Assembly: GCA_964016885.1 (NCBI GenBank)
Contig: OZ024758.1
Location: forward strand, 36,332,001-36,396,000
DNA length: 64,000 bases
Source: Eledone cirrhosa
Taxonomy: Eukaryota
Reading direction: 5' to 3'
Part shown: one piece after another, positions 14,101 to 26,499 of the stretch
How the letters are laid out: each line of letters starts with the position of its first letter
Numbering within the stretch: the stretch's first letter is position 1
Program-made: the position numbers and the translations under genes
The notes under the pieces: model-generated
The model's input: the letters and a program-made list of their open reading frames with translations, nothing else
What the model was told of the DNA's origin: nothing
Database searches by the model: none

Positions 14101-16712
14101 CTGTTGGTGAGAATTCATTTAAGTTCATGGTACTAGCTGTCAGAAGTCACTCCACTGTTGGTGAGAATACATTTAAGTTCATGGTACTAGCTGTCAGAAG
14201 TAACCCCAATGTTGGTGAGAATTCATTTAACTTCATGGTATTAGCTGTCAGAAGTCACTCCAATGTTGGTGAGAATTCATTTAAGTTCATGGTATTAGCT
14301 GTCAGAAGTAACTCCACTGTTGGTGAGAATTCATTTAAGTTCATGGTACTAGCTGTCAGAAGTAACTCCACTGTTGGTGAGAATTCATTTAAGTTCATGG
14401 TATTAGCTGTCAGAAGTCACTCCAATGTTGGTGAGAATTCATTTAAGTTCATGGTATTAGCTGTCAGAAGTCACTCCACTGTTGGTGAGAATTCATTTAA
14501 GTTCATGGTACTAGCTGTCAGAAGTAACCCCAATGTTGGTGAGAATTCATTTAAGTTCATGGTATTAGCTGTCAGAAGTCACTCCAATGTTGGTGAGAAT
14601 TCATTTAAGTTCATGGTATTAGCTGTCAGAAGTAACTCCACTGTTGGTGAGAATTCATTTAAGTTCATGGTATTAGCTGTCAGAAGTAACTCCACTGTTG
14701 GTGAGAATTCATTTAAGTTCATGGTATTAGCTGTCAGAAGTAACTCCACTGTTGGTGAGAATTCATTTAAGTCATGGTATTAGCTGTCAGAAGTATCTCC
14801 AATGTTGGTGAGAATTCATTTAAGTTCATGGTATTAGCTGTCAGAAGTAACTCCACTGTTGGTGAGAATTCATTTAAGTTCATGGTATTAGCTGTCAGAA
14901 GTAACTCCACTGTTGGTGAGAATTCATTTAAGTTCATGGTATTAGCTGTCAGAAGTAACTCCACTGTTGGTGAGAATTCATTTAAGTTCATGGTATTAGC
15001 TGTCAGAAGGAACTCCAATGTTGGTGAGAATTCATTTAAGTCATGGTACTAGCTGTCAGAAGTAACTCCACTGTTGGTGAGAATTCATTTAAGTTCATGG
15101 TATTAGCTGTCAGAAGGAACGCCACTGTTGGTGAGAATTCATTTAAATTCATGGTATTAGCTGTCAGAAGTAACTCCACTGTTGGTGAGAATTCATTTAA
15201 GTTCATGGTACTAGCTGTCAGAAGTAACTCCAATGTTGGTGAGAATTCATTTAAGTTCATGGTATTAGCTGTCAGAAGTAACTCCACTGTTGGCGAGAAT
15301 TCATTTAAGTTCATGGTATTAGCTGTCAGAAGTCACTCCAATGTTGGTGAGAATTCATTTGAGTCATGGTACTAGCTGTCAGAAGTAACTCCACTGTTGG
15401 TGAGAATTCATTTAAATTCATTGTATTAGCTGTCAGAAGGAACGCCACTGTTGGTGAGAATTCATTTAAGTTCATGGTATTAGCTGTCAGAAGTAACTCC
15501 ACTGTTGGTGAGAATTCATTTAAGTTCATGGTACTAGCTGTCAGAAGTAACTCCAATGTTGGTGAGAATTCATTTAAGTTCATGGTATTAGCTGTCAGAA
15601 GGAACTCCACTGTTGCTGAGAATTCATTTAAGTTCATGGTATTAGCTGTCAGAAGTAACTCCACTGTTGGTGAGAATTCATTTAAGTTCATGGTACTAGC
15701 TGTCAGAAGTCACTCCACTGTTGGTGAGAATACATTTAAGTTCATGGTACTAGCTGTCAGAAGTAACCCCAATGTTGGTGAGAATTCATTTAAGTTCATG
15801 GTATTAGCTGTCAGAAGTAACTCCACTGTTGGTGAGAATTCATTTAAGTTCATGGTACTAGCTGTCAGAAGTAACTCCAATGTTGGTGAGAATTCATTTA
15901 AGTTCATGGTATTAGCTGTCAGAAGGAACTCCACTGTTGCTGAGAATTCATTTAAGTTCATGGTATTAGCTGTCAGAAGTAACTCCACTGTTGGTGAGAA
16001 TTCATTTAAGTTCATGGTACTAGCTGTCAGAAGTCACTCCACTGTTGGTGAGAATACATTTAAGTTCATGGTACTAGCTGTCAGAAGTAACCCCAATGTT
16101 GGTGAGAATTCATTTAACTTCATGGTATTAGCTGTCAGAAGTCACTCCAATGTTGGTGAGAATTCATTTAAGTTCATGGTATTAGCTGTCAGAAGTAACT
16201 CCACTGTTGGTGAGAATTCATTTAAGTTCATGGTACTAGCTGTCAGAAGTAACTCCACTGTTGGTGAGAATTCATTTAAGTTCATGGTATTAGCTGTCAG
16301 AAGTCACTCCAATGTTGGTGAGAATTCATTTAAGTTCATGGTATTAGCTGTCAGAAGTCACTCCACTGTTGGTGAGAATTCATTTAAGTTCATGGTACTA
16401 GCTGTCAGAAGTAACCCCAATGTTGGTGAGAATTCATTTAAGTTCATGGTATTAGCTGTCAGAAGTCACTCCAATGTTGGTGAGAATTCATTTAAGTTCA
16501 TGGTATTAGCTGTCAGAAGTAACTCCACTGTTGGTGAGAATTCATTTAAGTTCATGGTATTAGCTGTCAGAAGTAACTCCACTGTTGGTGAGAATTCATT
16601 TAAGTTCATGGTATTAGCTGTCAGAAGTAACTCCACTGTTGGTGAGAATTCATTTAAGTCATGGTATTAGCTGTCAGAAGTATCTCCAATGTTGGTGAGA
16701 ATTCATTTAAGT
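11160..16712. repeat. Three tandem near-identical higher-order units (periods 1994 bp = 37-mer and 1887 bp = 35-mer)
   Basis: Junctions fall at 11162/13156/15043, 11485/13479/15366 and 12780/14774/16661. The SNP tttaaC lies at 12237/14231/16118, and ggcgag, tttgag and agtatc occur in each copy. Confidence 0.92.
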
Positions 16713-19700
16713 TCATGGTATTAGCTGTCAGAAGTCACTCCACTGTTGGTGAGAATTCATTTAAGTTCATGGTACTAGCTGTCAGAAGTAACCCCAATGT
16801 TGGTGAGAATTCATTTAAGTTCATGGTATTAGCTGTCAGAAGTCACTCCAATGTTGGTGAGAATTCATTTAAGTTCATGGTATTAGCTGTCAGAAGTCAC
16901 TCCACTGTTGGTGAGAATTCATTTAAGTTCATGGTACTAGCTGTCAGAAGTAACCCCAATGTTGGTGAGAATTCATTTAAGTTCATGGTATTAGCTGTCA
17001 GAAGTCACTCCAATGTTGGTGAGAATTCATTTAAGTTCATGGTATTAGCTGTCAGAAGTAACTCCACTGTTGGTGAGAATTCATTTAAGTTCATGGTACT
17101 AGCTGTCAGAAGTAACTCCACTGTTGGTGAGAATTCATTTAAGTTCATGGTATTAGCTGTCAGAAGTCACTCCAATGTTGGTGAGAATTCATTTAAGTTC
17201 ATGGTATTAGCTGTCAGAAGTCACTCCACTGTTGGTGAGAATTCATTTAAGTTCATGGTACTAGCTGTCAGAAGTAACCCCAATGTTGGTGAGAATTCAT
17301 TTAAGTTCATGGTATTAGCTGTCAGAAGTCACTCCAATGTTGGTGAGAATTCATTTAAGTTCATGGTATTAGCTGTCAGAAGTAACTCCACTGTTGGTGA
17401 GAATTCATTTAAGTTCATGGTATTAGCTGTCAGAAGTAACTCCACTGTTGGTGAGAATTCATTTAAGTTCATGGTATTAGCTGTCAGAAGTAACTCCACT
17501 GTTGGTGAGAATTCATTTAAGTCATGGTATTAGCTGTCAGAAGTATCTCCAATGTTGGTGAGAATTCATTTAAGTTCATGGTATTAGCTGTCAGAAGTCA
17601 CTCCACTGTTGGTGAGAATTCATTTAAGTTCATGGTACTAGCTGTCAGAAGTAACCCCAATGTTGGTGAGAATTCATTTAAGTTCATGGTATTAGCTGTC
17701 AGAAGTCACTCCAATGTTGGTGAGAATTCATTTAAGTTCATGGTATTAGCTGTCAGAAGTCACTCCACTGTTGGTGAGAATTCATTTAAGTTCATGGTAC
17801 TAGCTGTCAGAAGTAACCCCAATGTTGGTGAGAATTCATTTAAGTTCATGGTATTAGCTGTCAGAAGTCACTCCAATGTTGGTGAGAATTCATTTAAGTT
17901 CATGGTATTAGCTGTCAGAAGTAACTCCACTGTTGGTGAGAATTCATTTAAGTTCATGGTATTAGCTGTCAGAAGTAACTCCACTGTTGGTGAGAATTCA
18001 TTTAAGTTCATGGTATTAGCTGTCAGAAGTCACTCCAATGTTGGTGAGAATTCATTTAAGTCATGGTACTAGCTGTCAGAAGTAACTCCACTGTTGGTGA
18101 GAATTCATTTAAGTTCATTGTATTAGCTGTCAGAAGGAACGCCACTGTTGGTGAGAATTCATTTAAGTTCATGGTATTAGCTGTCAGAAGTAACTCCACT
18201 GTTGGTGAGAATTCATTTAAGTTCATGGTACTAGCTGTCAGAAGTAACTCCAATGTTGGTGAGAATTCATTTAAGTTCATGGTATTAGCTGTCAGAAGGA
18301 ACTCCACTGTTGCTGAGAATTCATTTAAGTTCATGGTATTAGCTGTCAGAAGTAACTCCACTGTTGGTGAGAATTCATTTAAGTTCATGGTACTAGCTGT
18401 CAGAAGTCACTCCACTGTTGGTGAGAATACATTTAAGTTCATGGTACTAGCTGTCAGAAGTAACCCCAATGTTGGTGAGAATTCATTTAAGTTCATGGTA
18501 TTAGCTGTCAGAAGTCACTCCAATGTTGGTGAGAATTCATTTAAGTTTATGGTATTAGCTGTCAGAAGTAACTCCACTGTTGGTAAGAATTCATTTAAGT
18601 TCATGGTATTAGCTGTCAGAAGTAACTCCACTGTTGGTGAGAATTCATTTAAGTTCATGGTATTAGCTGTCAGAAGGAACGCCACTGTTGGTGAGAATTC
18701 ATTTAAGTTCATGGTATTAGCTGTCAGAAGTAACTCCACTGTTGGTGAGAATTCATTTAAGTTCATGGTACTAGCTGTCAGAAGTAACTCCACTGTTGGT
18801 GAGAATTCATTTAAGTTCATGGTATTAGCTGTCAGAAGTCACTCCAATGTTGGTGAGAATTCATTTAAGTTCATGGTATTAGCTGTCAGAAGTCACTCCA
18901 CTGTTGGTGAGAATTCATTTAAGTCATGGTATTAGCTGTCAGAAGTAACTCCAATGTTGGTGAGAATTCATTTAAGTTCATGGTATTAGCTGTCAGAAGT
19001 CACTCCACTGTTGGTGAGAATTCATTTAAGTTCATGGTACTAGCTGTCAGAAGTAACCCCAATGTTGGTGAGAATTCATTTAAGTTCATGGTATTAACTG
19101 TCAGAAGTCACTCCAATGTTGGTGAGAATTCATTTAAGTTCATGGTATTAGCTGTCAGAAGTAACTCCACTGTTGGTGAGAATTCATTTAAGTTCATGGT
19201 ATTAGCTGTCAGAAGTAACTCCACTGTTGGTGAGAATTCATTTAAGTTCATGGTATTAGCTGTCAGAAGTAACTCCACTGTTGGTGAGAATTCATTTAAG
19301 TTCATGGTATTAGCTGTCAGAAGTAACTCCACTGTTGGTGAGAATTCATTTAAGTTCATGGTACTAGCTGTCAGAAGTAACTCCAATGTTGGTGAGAATT
19401 CATTTAAGTTCATGGTATTAGCTGTCAGAAGGAACTCCACTGTTGCTGAGAATTCATTTAAGTTCATGGTATTAGCTGTCAGAAGTAACTCCACTGTTGG
19501 TGAGAATTCATTTAAGTTCATGGTACTAGCTGTCAGAAGTCACTCCACTGTTGGTGAGAATACATTTAAGTTCATGGTACTAGCTGTCAGAAGTAACCCC
19601 AATGTTGGTGAGAATTCATTTAAGTTCATGGTATTAGCTGTCAGAAGTCACTCCAATGTTGGTGAGAATTCATTTAAGTTCATAGTATTAGCTGTCAGAA

Positions 19701-21339
19701 GTAACTCCACTGTTGGTAAGAATTCATTTAAGTTCATGGTATTAGCTGTCAGAAGTAACTCCACTGTTGGTGAGAATTCATTTAAGTTCATGGTATTAGC
19801 TGTCAGAAGGAACGCCACTGTTGGTGCGAATTCATTTAAGTTCATGGTATTAGCTGTCAGAAGTAACTCCACTGTTGGTGAGAATTCATTTAAGTTCATG
19901 GTACTAGCTGTCAGAAGTAACTCCACTGTTGGTGAGAATTCATTTAAGTTCATGGTATTAGCTGTCAGAAGTCACTCTAATGTTGGTGAGAATTCATTTA
20001 AGTTCATGGTATTAGCTGTCAGAAGTCACTCCACTGTTGGTGAGAATTCATTTAAGTTCATGGTACTAGCTGTCAGAAGTAACACCAATGTTGTTGAGAA
20101 TTCATTTAAGTTCATGGTATTAGCTGTCAGAAGTCACTCCAATGTTGGTGAGAATTCATTTAAGTTCATGGTATTAGCTGTCAGAAGTAACTCCACTGTT
20201 GGTGAGAATTCATTTAAGTTCATGGTATTAGCTGTCAGAAGTAACTCCACTGTTGGTGAGAATTCATTTAAGTTCATGGTACTAGCTGTCAGAAGTAACT
20301 CCACTGTTGGTGAGAATTCATTTAAGTCATGGTATTAGCTGTCAGAAGGAACTCCAATGTTGGTGAGAATTCATTTAAGTCATGGTACTAGCTGTCAGAA
20401 GTAACTCCACTGTTGGTGAGAATTCATTTAAGTTCATGGTATTAGCTGTCAGAAGGAACGCCACTGTTGGTGAGAATTCATTTAAGTTCATGGTATTAGC
20501 TGTCAGAAGTAACTCCACTGTTGGTGAGAATTCATTTAAGTTCATGGTATTAGCTGTCAGAAGTAACTCCACTGTTGGTGAGAATTCATTTAAGTCATGG
20601 TATTAGCTGTCAGAAGTAACTCCAATGTTGGTGAGAATTCATTTAAGTTCATGGTATTAGCTGTCAGAAGTCACTCCACTGTTGGTGAGAATTCATTTAA
20701 GTTCATGGTATTAGCTGTCAGAAGTAACTCCACTGTTGGTGAGAATTCATTTAAGTTCATGGTATTAGCTGTCAGAAGGAACTCCACTGTTGGTGAGAAT
20801 TCATTTAAGTTCATGGTATTAGCTGTCAGAAGTAACTCCACTGTTGGTGAGAATTCATTTAAGTTCATGGTACTAGCTGTCAGAAGTAACCCCAATGTTG
20901 TTGAGAATTCATTTAAGTTCATGGTATTAGCTGTCAGAAGTCACTCCAATGTTGGTGAGAATTCATTTGAGTCATGGTACTAGCTGTCAGAAGTAACTCC
21001 ACTGTTGGTGAGAATTCATTTAAGTTCATGGTATTAGCTGTCAGAAGGAACTCCAATGTTGGTGAGAATTCATTTAAGTCATGGTACTAGCTGTCAGAAG
21101 TAACTCCACTGTTGGTGAGAATTCATTTAAGTTCATGGTATTAGCTGTCAGAAGTAACTCCACTGTTGGTGAGAATTCATTTAAGTTCATGGTATTAGCT
21201 GTCAGAAGTAACTCCACTGTTGGTGAGAATTCATTTAAGTTCATGGTATTAGCTGTCAGAAGTAACTCCACTGTTGGTGAGAATTCATTTAAGTCATGGT
21301 ATTAGCTGTCAGAAGTAACTCCAATGTTGGTGAGAATTC

Positions 21340-24300
21340 ACTTAAGTTCATGGTATTAGCTGTCAGAAGTCACTCCACTGTTGGTGAGAATTCATTTAAG
21401 TTCATGGTATTAGCTGTCAGAAGTAACTCCACTGTTGGTGAGAATTCATTTAAGTTCATGGTATTAGCTGTCAGAAGGAACTCCACTGTTGGTGAGAATT
21501 CATTTAAGTTCATGGTATTAGCTGTCAGAAGTAACTCCACTGTTGGTGAGAATTCATTTAAGTTCATGGTACTAGCTGTCAGAAGTAACCCCAATGTTGT
21601 TGAGAATTCATTTAAGTTCATGGTATTAGCTGTCAGAAGTCACTCCAATGTTGGTGAGAATTCATTTAAGTTCATGGTATTAGCTGTCAGAAGTAACTCC
21701 ACTGTTGGTGAGAATTCATTTAAGTTCATGGTATTAGCTGTCAGAAGTAACTCCACTGTTGGTGAGAATTCATTTAAGTTCATGGTATTAGCTGTCAGAA
21801 GTAACTCCACTGTTGGTGAGAATTCATTTAAGTCATGGTATTAGCTGTCAGAAGTAACTCCAATGTTGGTGAGAATTCATTTAAGTTCATGGTATTAGCT
21901 GTCAGAAGTAACTCCACTGTTGGTGAGAATTCATTTAAGTTCATGGTATTAGCTGTCAGAAGTAACTCCACTGTTGGTGAGAATTCATTTAAGTTCATGG
22001 TATTAGCTGTCAGAAGTAACTCCAATGTTGGTGAGAATTCATTTAAGTTCATGGTATTAGCTGTCAGAAGGAATTCCACTGTTGCTGAGAATTCATTTAA
22101 GTTCATGGTATTAGCTGTCAGAAGTAACTCCACTGTTGGTGAGAATTCATTTAAGTTCATGGTACTAGCTGTCAGAAGTAACTCCACTGTTGGTGAGAAT
22201 TCATTTAAGTTCATGGTATTAGCTGTCAGAAGTCACTCCAATGTTGGTGAGAATTCATTTAAGTTCATGGTATTAGCTGTCAGAAGTCACTCCACTGTTG
22301 GTGAGAATTCATTTAAGTTCATGGTACTAGCTGTCAGAAGTAACCCCAATGTTGGTGAGAATTCATTTAAGTTCATGGTATTAGCTGTCAGAAGTCACTC
22401 CAATGTTGGTGAGAATTCATTTAAGTTCATGGTATTAGCTGTCAGAAGTAACTCCACTGTTGGTGAGAATTCATTTAAGTTCATGGTATTAGTTTGTCAG
22501 AAGTAACTCCACTGTTGGTGAGAATTCATTTAAGTCATGGTATTAGTTGTCAGAAGTAACTCCAATGTTGGTGAGAATTCATTTAAGTTCATGGTATTAG
22601 CTGTCAGAAGGAACTCCACTGTTGGTGAGAATTCATTTAAGTTCATGGTATTAGCTGTCAGAAGGAACTCCAATATTGGTGAGAATTCATTTAAGTCATG
22701 GTACTAGCTGTCAGATGTAACTCCACTGTTGGTGAGAATTCATTTAAGTTCATGGTATTAGCTGTCAGAAGGAACGCCACTGTTGGTGAGAATTCATTTA
22801 AATTCATGGTATTAGCTGTCAGAAGTAACTCCACTGTTGGTGAGAATTCATTTAAGTTCATGGTACTAGCTGTCAGAAGTAACCCCAATGTTGTTGAGAA
22901 TTCATTTAAGTTCATGGTATTAGCTGTCAGAAGTCACTCCAATGTTGGTGAGAATTCATTTAAGTCCATGGTATTAGCTGTCAGAAGTAACTCCACTGTT
23001 GGTGAGAATTCATTTAAGTTCATGGTATTAGCTGTCAGAAGTAACTCCACTGTTGGTGAGAATTCATTTAAGTTCATGGTATTAGCTGTCAGAAGTAACT
23101 CCACTGTTGGTGAGAATTCATTTAAGTCATGGTATTAGCTGTCAGAAGTAACTCCAATGTTGGTGAGAATTCATTTAAGTTCATGGTATTAGCTGTCAGA
23201 AGTAACTCCACTGTTGGTGAGAATTCATTTAAGTTCATGGTATTAGCTGTCAGAAGTAACTCCACTGTTGGTGAGAATTCATTTAAGTTCATGGTATTAG
23301 CTGTCAGAAGTAACTCCACTGTTGGTGAGAATTCATTTAAGTTCATGGTATTAGCTGTCAGAAGTAACTCCACTGTTGGTAAGAATTCATTTAAGTTCAT
23401 GGTATTAGCTGTCAGAAGTAACTCCACTGTTGGTGAGAATTCATTTAAGTTCAGGGTATTAGCTGTCAGAAGGAACGCCACTGTTGGTGAGAATTCATTT
23501 AAGTTCATGGTACTAGCTGTCAGAAGTAACCCCAATGTTGGTGAGAATTCATTTAAGTTCATGGTATTAGCTGTCAGAAGTAACTCCACTGTTGGTGAGA
23601 ATTCATTTAAGTTCATGGTATTAGCTGTCAGAAGGAACTCCACTGTTGGTGAGAATTCACTTAAGTTCATGGTATTAGCTGTCAGAAGTCACTCCACTGT
23701 TGGTGAGAATTCATTTAAGTTCATGGTATTAGCTGTCAGAAGTAACTCCACTGTTGGTGAGAATTCATTTAAGTTCATGGTATTAGCTGTCAGAAGGAAC
23801 TCCACTGTTGGTGAGAATTCATTTAAGTTCATGGTATTAGCTGTCAGAAGTAACTCCACTGTTGGTGAGAATTCATTTAAGTTCATGGTACTAGCTGTCA
23901 GAAGTAACCCCAATGTTGTTGAGAATTCATTTAAGTTCATGGTATTAGCTGTCAGAAGTCACTCCAATGTTGGTGAGAATTCATTTAAGTTCATGGTATT
24001 AGCTGTCAGAAGTAACTCCACTGTTGGTGAGAATTCATTTAAGTTCATGGTATTAGCTGTCAGAAGTAACTCCACTGTTGGTGAGAATTCATTTAAGTTC
24101 ATGGTATTAGCTGTCAGAAGTAACTCCACTGTTGGTGAGAATTCATTTAAGTCATGGTATTAGCTGTCAGAAGTAACTCCAATGTTGGTGAGAATTCATT
24201 TAAGTTCATGGTATTAGCTGTCAGAAGTAACTCCACTGTTGGTGAGAATTCATTTAAGTTCATGGTATTAGCTGTCAGAAGTAACTCCACTGTTGGTGAG

Positions 24301-26200
24301 AATTCATTTAAGTTCATGGTATTAGCTGTCAGAAGTAACTCCACTGTTGGTGAGAATTCATTTAAGTTCATGGTATTAGCTGTCAGAAGTAACTCCACTG
24401 TTGGTGAGAATTCATTTAAGTTCATGGTATTAGCTGTCAGAAGGAACGCCACTGTTGGTGAGAATTCATTTAAATTCATGGTATTAGCTGTCAGAAGTAA
24501 CTCCACTGTTGGTGAGAATTCATTTAAGTTCATGGTACTAGCTGTCAGAAGTAACTCCAATGTTGGTGAGAATTCATTTAAGTTCATGGTATTAGCTGTC
24601 AGAAGGAATTCCACTGTTGCTGAGAATTCATTTAAGTTCATGGTATTAGCTGTCAGAAGTAACTCCACTGTTGGTGAGAATTCATTTAAGTTCATGGTAC
24701 TAGCTGTCAGAAGTAACTCCACTGTTGGTGAGAATTCATTTAAGTTCATGGTATTAGCTGTCAGAAGTCACTCCAATGTTGGTGAGAATTCATTTAAGTT
24801 CATGGTATTAGCTGTCAGAAGTCACTCCACTGTTGGTGAGAATTCATTTAAGTTCATGGTACTAGCTGTCAGAAGTAACCCCAATGTTGGTGAGAATTCA
24901 TTTAAGTTCATGGTATTAGCTGTCAGAAGTCACTCCAATGTTGGTGAGAATTCATTTAAGTTCATGGTATTAGCTGTCAGAAGTAACTCCACTGTTGGTG
25001 AGAATTCATTTAAGTTCATGGTATTAGTTTGTCAGAAGTAACTCCACTGTTGGTGAGAATTCATTTAAGTCATGGTATTAGTTGTCAGAAGTAACTCCAA
25101 TGTTGGTGAGAATTCATTTAAGTTCATGGTATTAGCTGTCAGAAGGAACTCCACTGTTGGTGAGAATTCATTTAAGTTCATGGTATTAGCTGTCAGAAGG
25201 AACTCCAATATTGGTGAGAATTCATTTAAGTCATGGTACTAGCTGTCAGATGTAACTCCACTGTTGGTGAGAATTCATTTAAGTTCATGGTATTAGCTGT
25301 CAGAAGGAACGCCACTGTTGGTGAGAATTCATTTAAATTCATGGTATTAGCTGTCAGAAGTAACTCCACTGTTGGTGAGAATTCATTTAAGTTCATGGTA
25401 CTAGCTGTCAGAAGTAACCCCAATGTTGTTGAGAATTCATTTAAGTTCATGGTATTAGCTGTCAGAAGTCACTCCAATGTTGGTGAGAATTCATTTAAGT
25501 CCATGGTATTAGCTGTCAGAAGTAACTCCACTGTTGGTGAGAATTCATTTAAGTTCATGGTATTAGCTGTCAGAAGTAACTCCACTGTTGGTGAGAATTC
25601 ATTTAAGTTCATGGTATTAGCTGTCAGAAGTAACTCCACTGTTGGTGAGAATTCATTTAAGTCATGGTATTAGCTGTCAGAAGTAACTCCAATGTTGGTG
25701 AGAATTCATTTAAGTTCATGGTATTAGCTGTCAGAAGTAACTCCACTGTTGGTGAGAATTCATTTAAGTTCATGGTATTAGCTGTCAGAAGTAACTCCAC
25801 TGTTGGTGAGAATTCATTTAAGTTCATGGTATTAGCTGTCAGAAGTAACTCCACTGTTGGTGAGAATTCATTTAAGTTCATGGTATTAGCTGTCAGAAGT
25901 AACTCCACTGTTGGTAAGAATTCATTTAAGTTCATGGTATTAGCTGTCAGAAGTAACTCCACTGTTGGTGAGAATTCATTTAAGTTCAGGGTATTAGCTG
26001 TCAGAAGGAACGCCACTGTTGGTGAGAATTCATTTAAGTTCATGGTACTAGCTGTCAGAAGTAACCCCAATGTTGGTGAGAATTCATTTAAGTTCATGGT
26101 ATTAGCTGTCAGAAGTAACTCCACTGTTGGTGAGAATTCATTTAAGTTCATGGTATTAGCTGTCAGAAGGAACTCCACTGTTGGTGAGAATTCATTTAAG
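21340..26200. repeat. Tandem duplication of about 2.3-2.5 kb (offsets 2319 and 2535 bp, differing by 4 monomers)
   Basis: Paired private SNPs: caCttaag 21341/23660, aatAtt about 22675/25210, tCcatg 22966/25501, ttcaGg 23454/25989. ORF ends pair at 22506/25041 and 23138/25673. Confidence 0.88.
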
Positions 26201-26499
26201 TTCATGGTATTAGCTGTCAGAAGGAACTCCAATGTTGGTGAGAATTCATTTAAGTCATGGTACTAGCTGTCAGATGTAACTCCACTGTTGGTGAGAATTC
26301 ATTTAAGTTCATGGTATTAGCTGTCAGAAGGAACGCCACTGTTGGTGAGAATTCATTTAAATTCATGGTATTAGCTGTCAGAAGTAACTCCACTGTTGGT
26401 GAGAATTCATTTAAGTTCATGGTACTAGCTGTCAGAAGTAACTCCAATGTTGGTGAGAATTCATTTAAGTTCATGGTATTAGCTGTCAGAAGTAACTCC

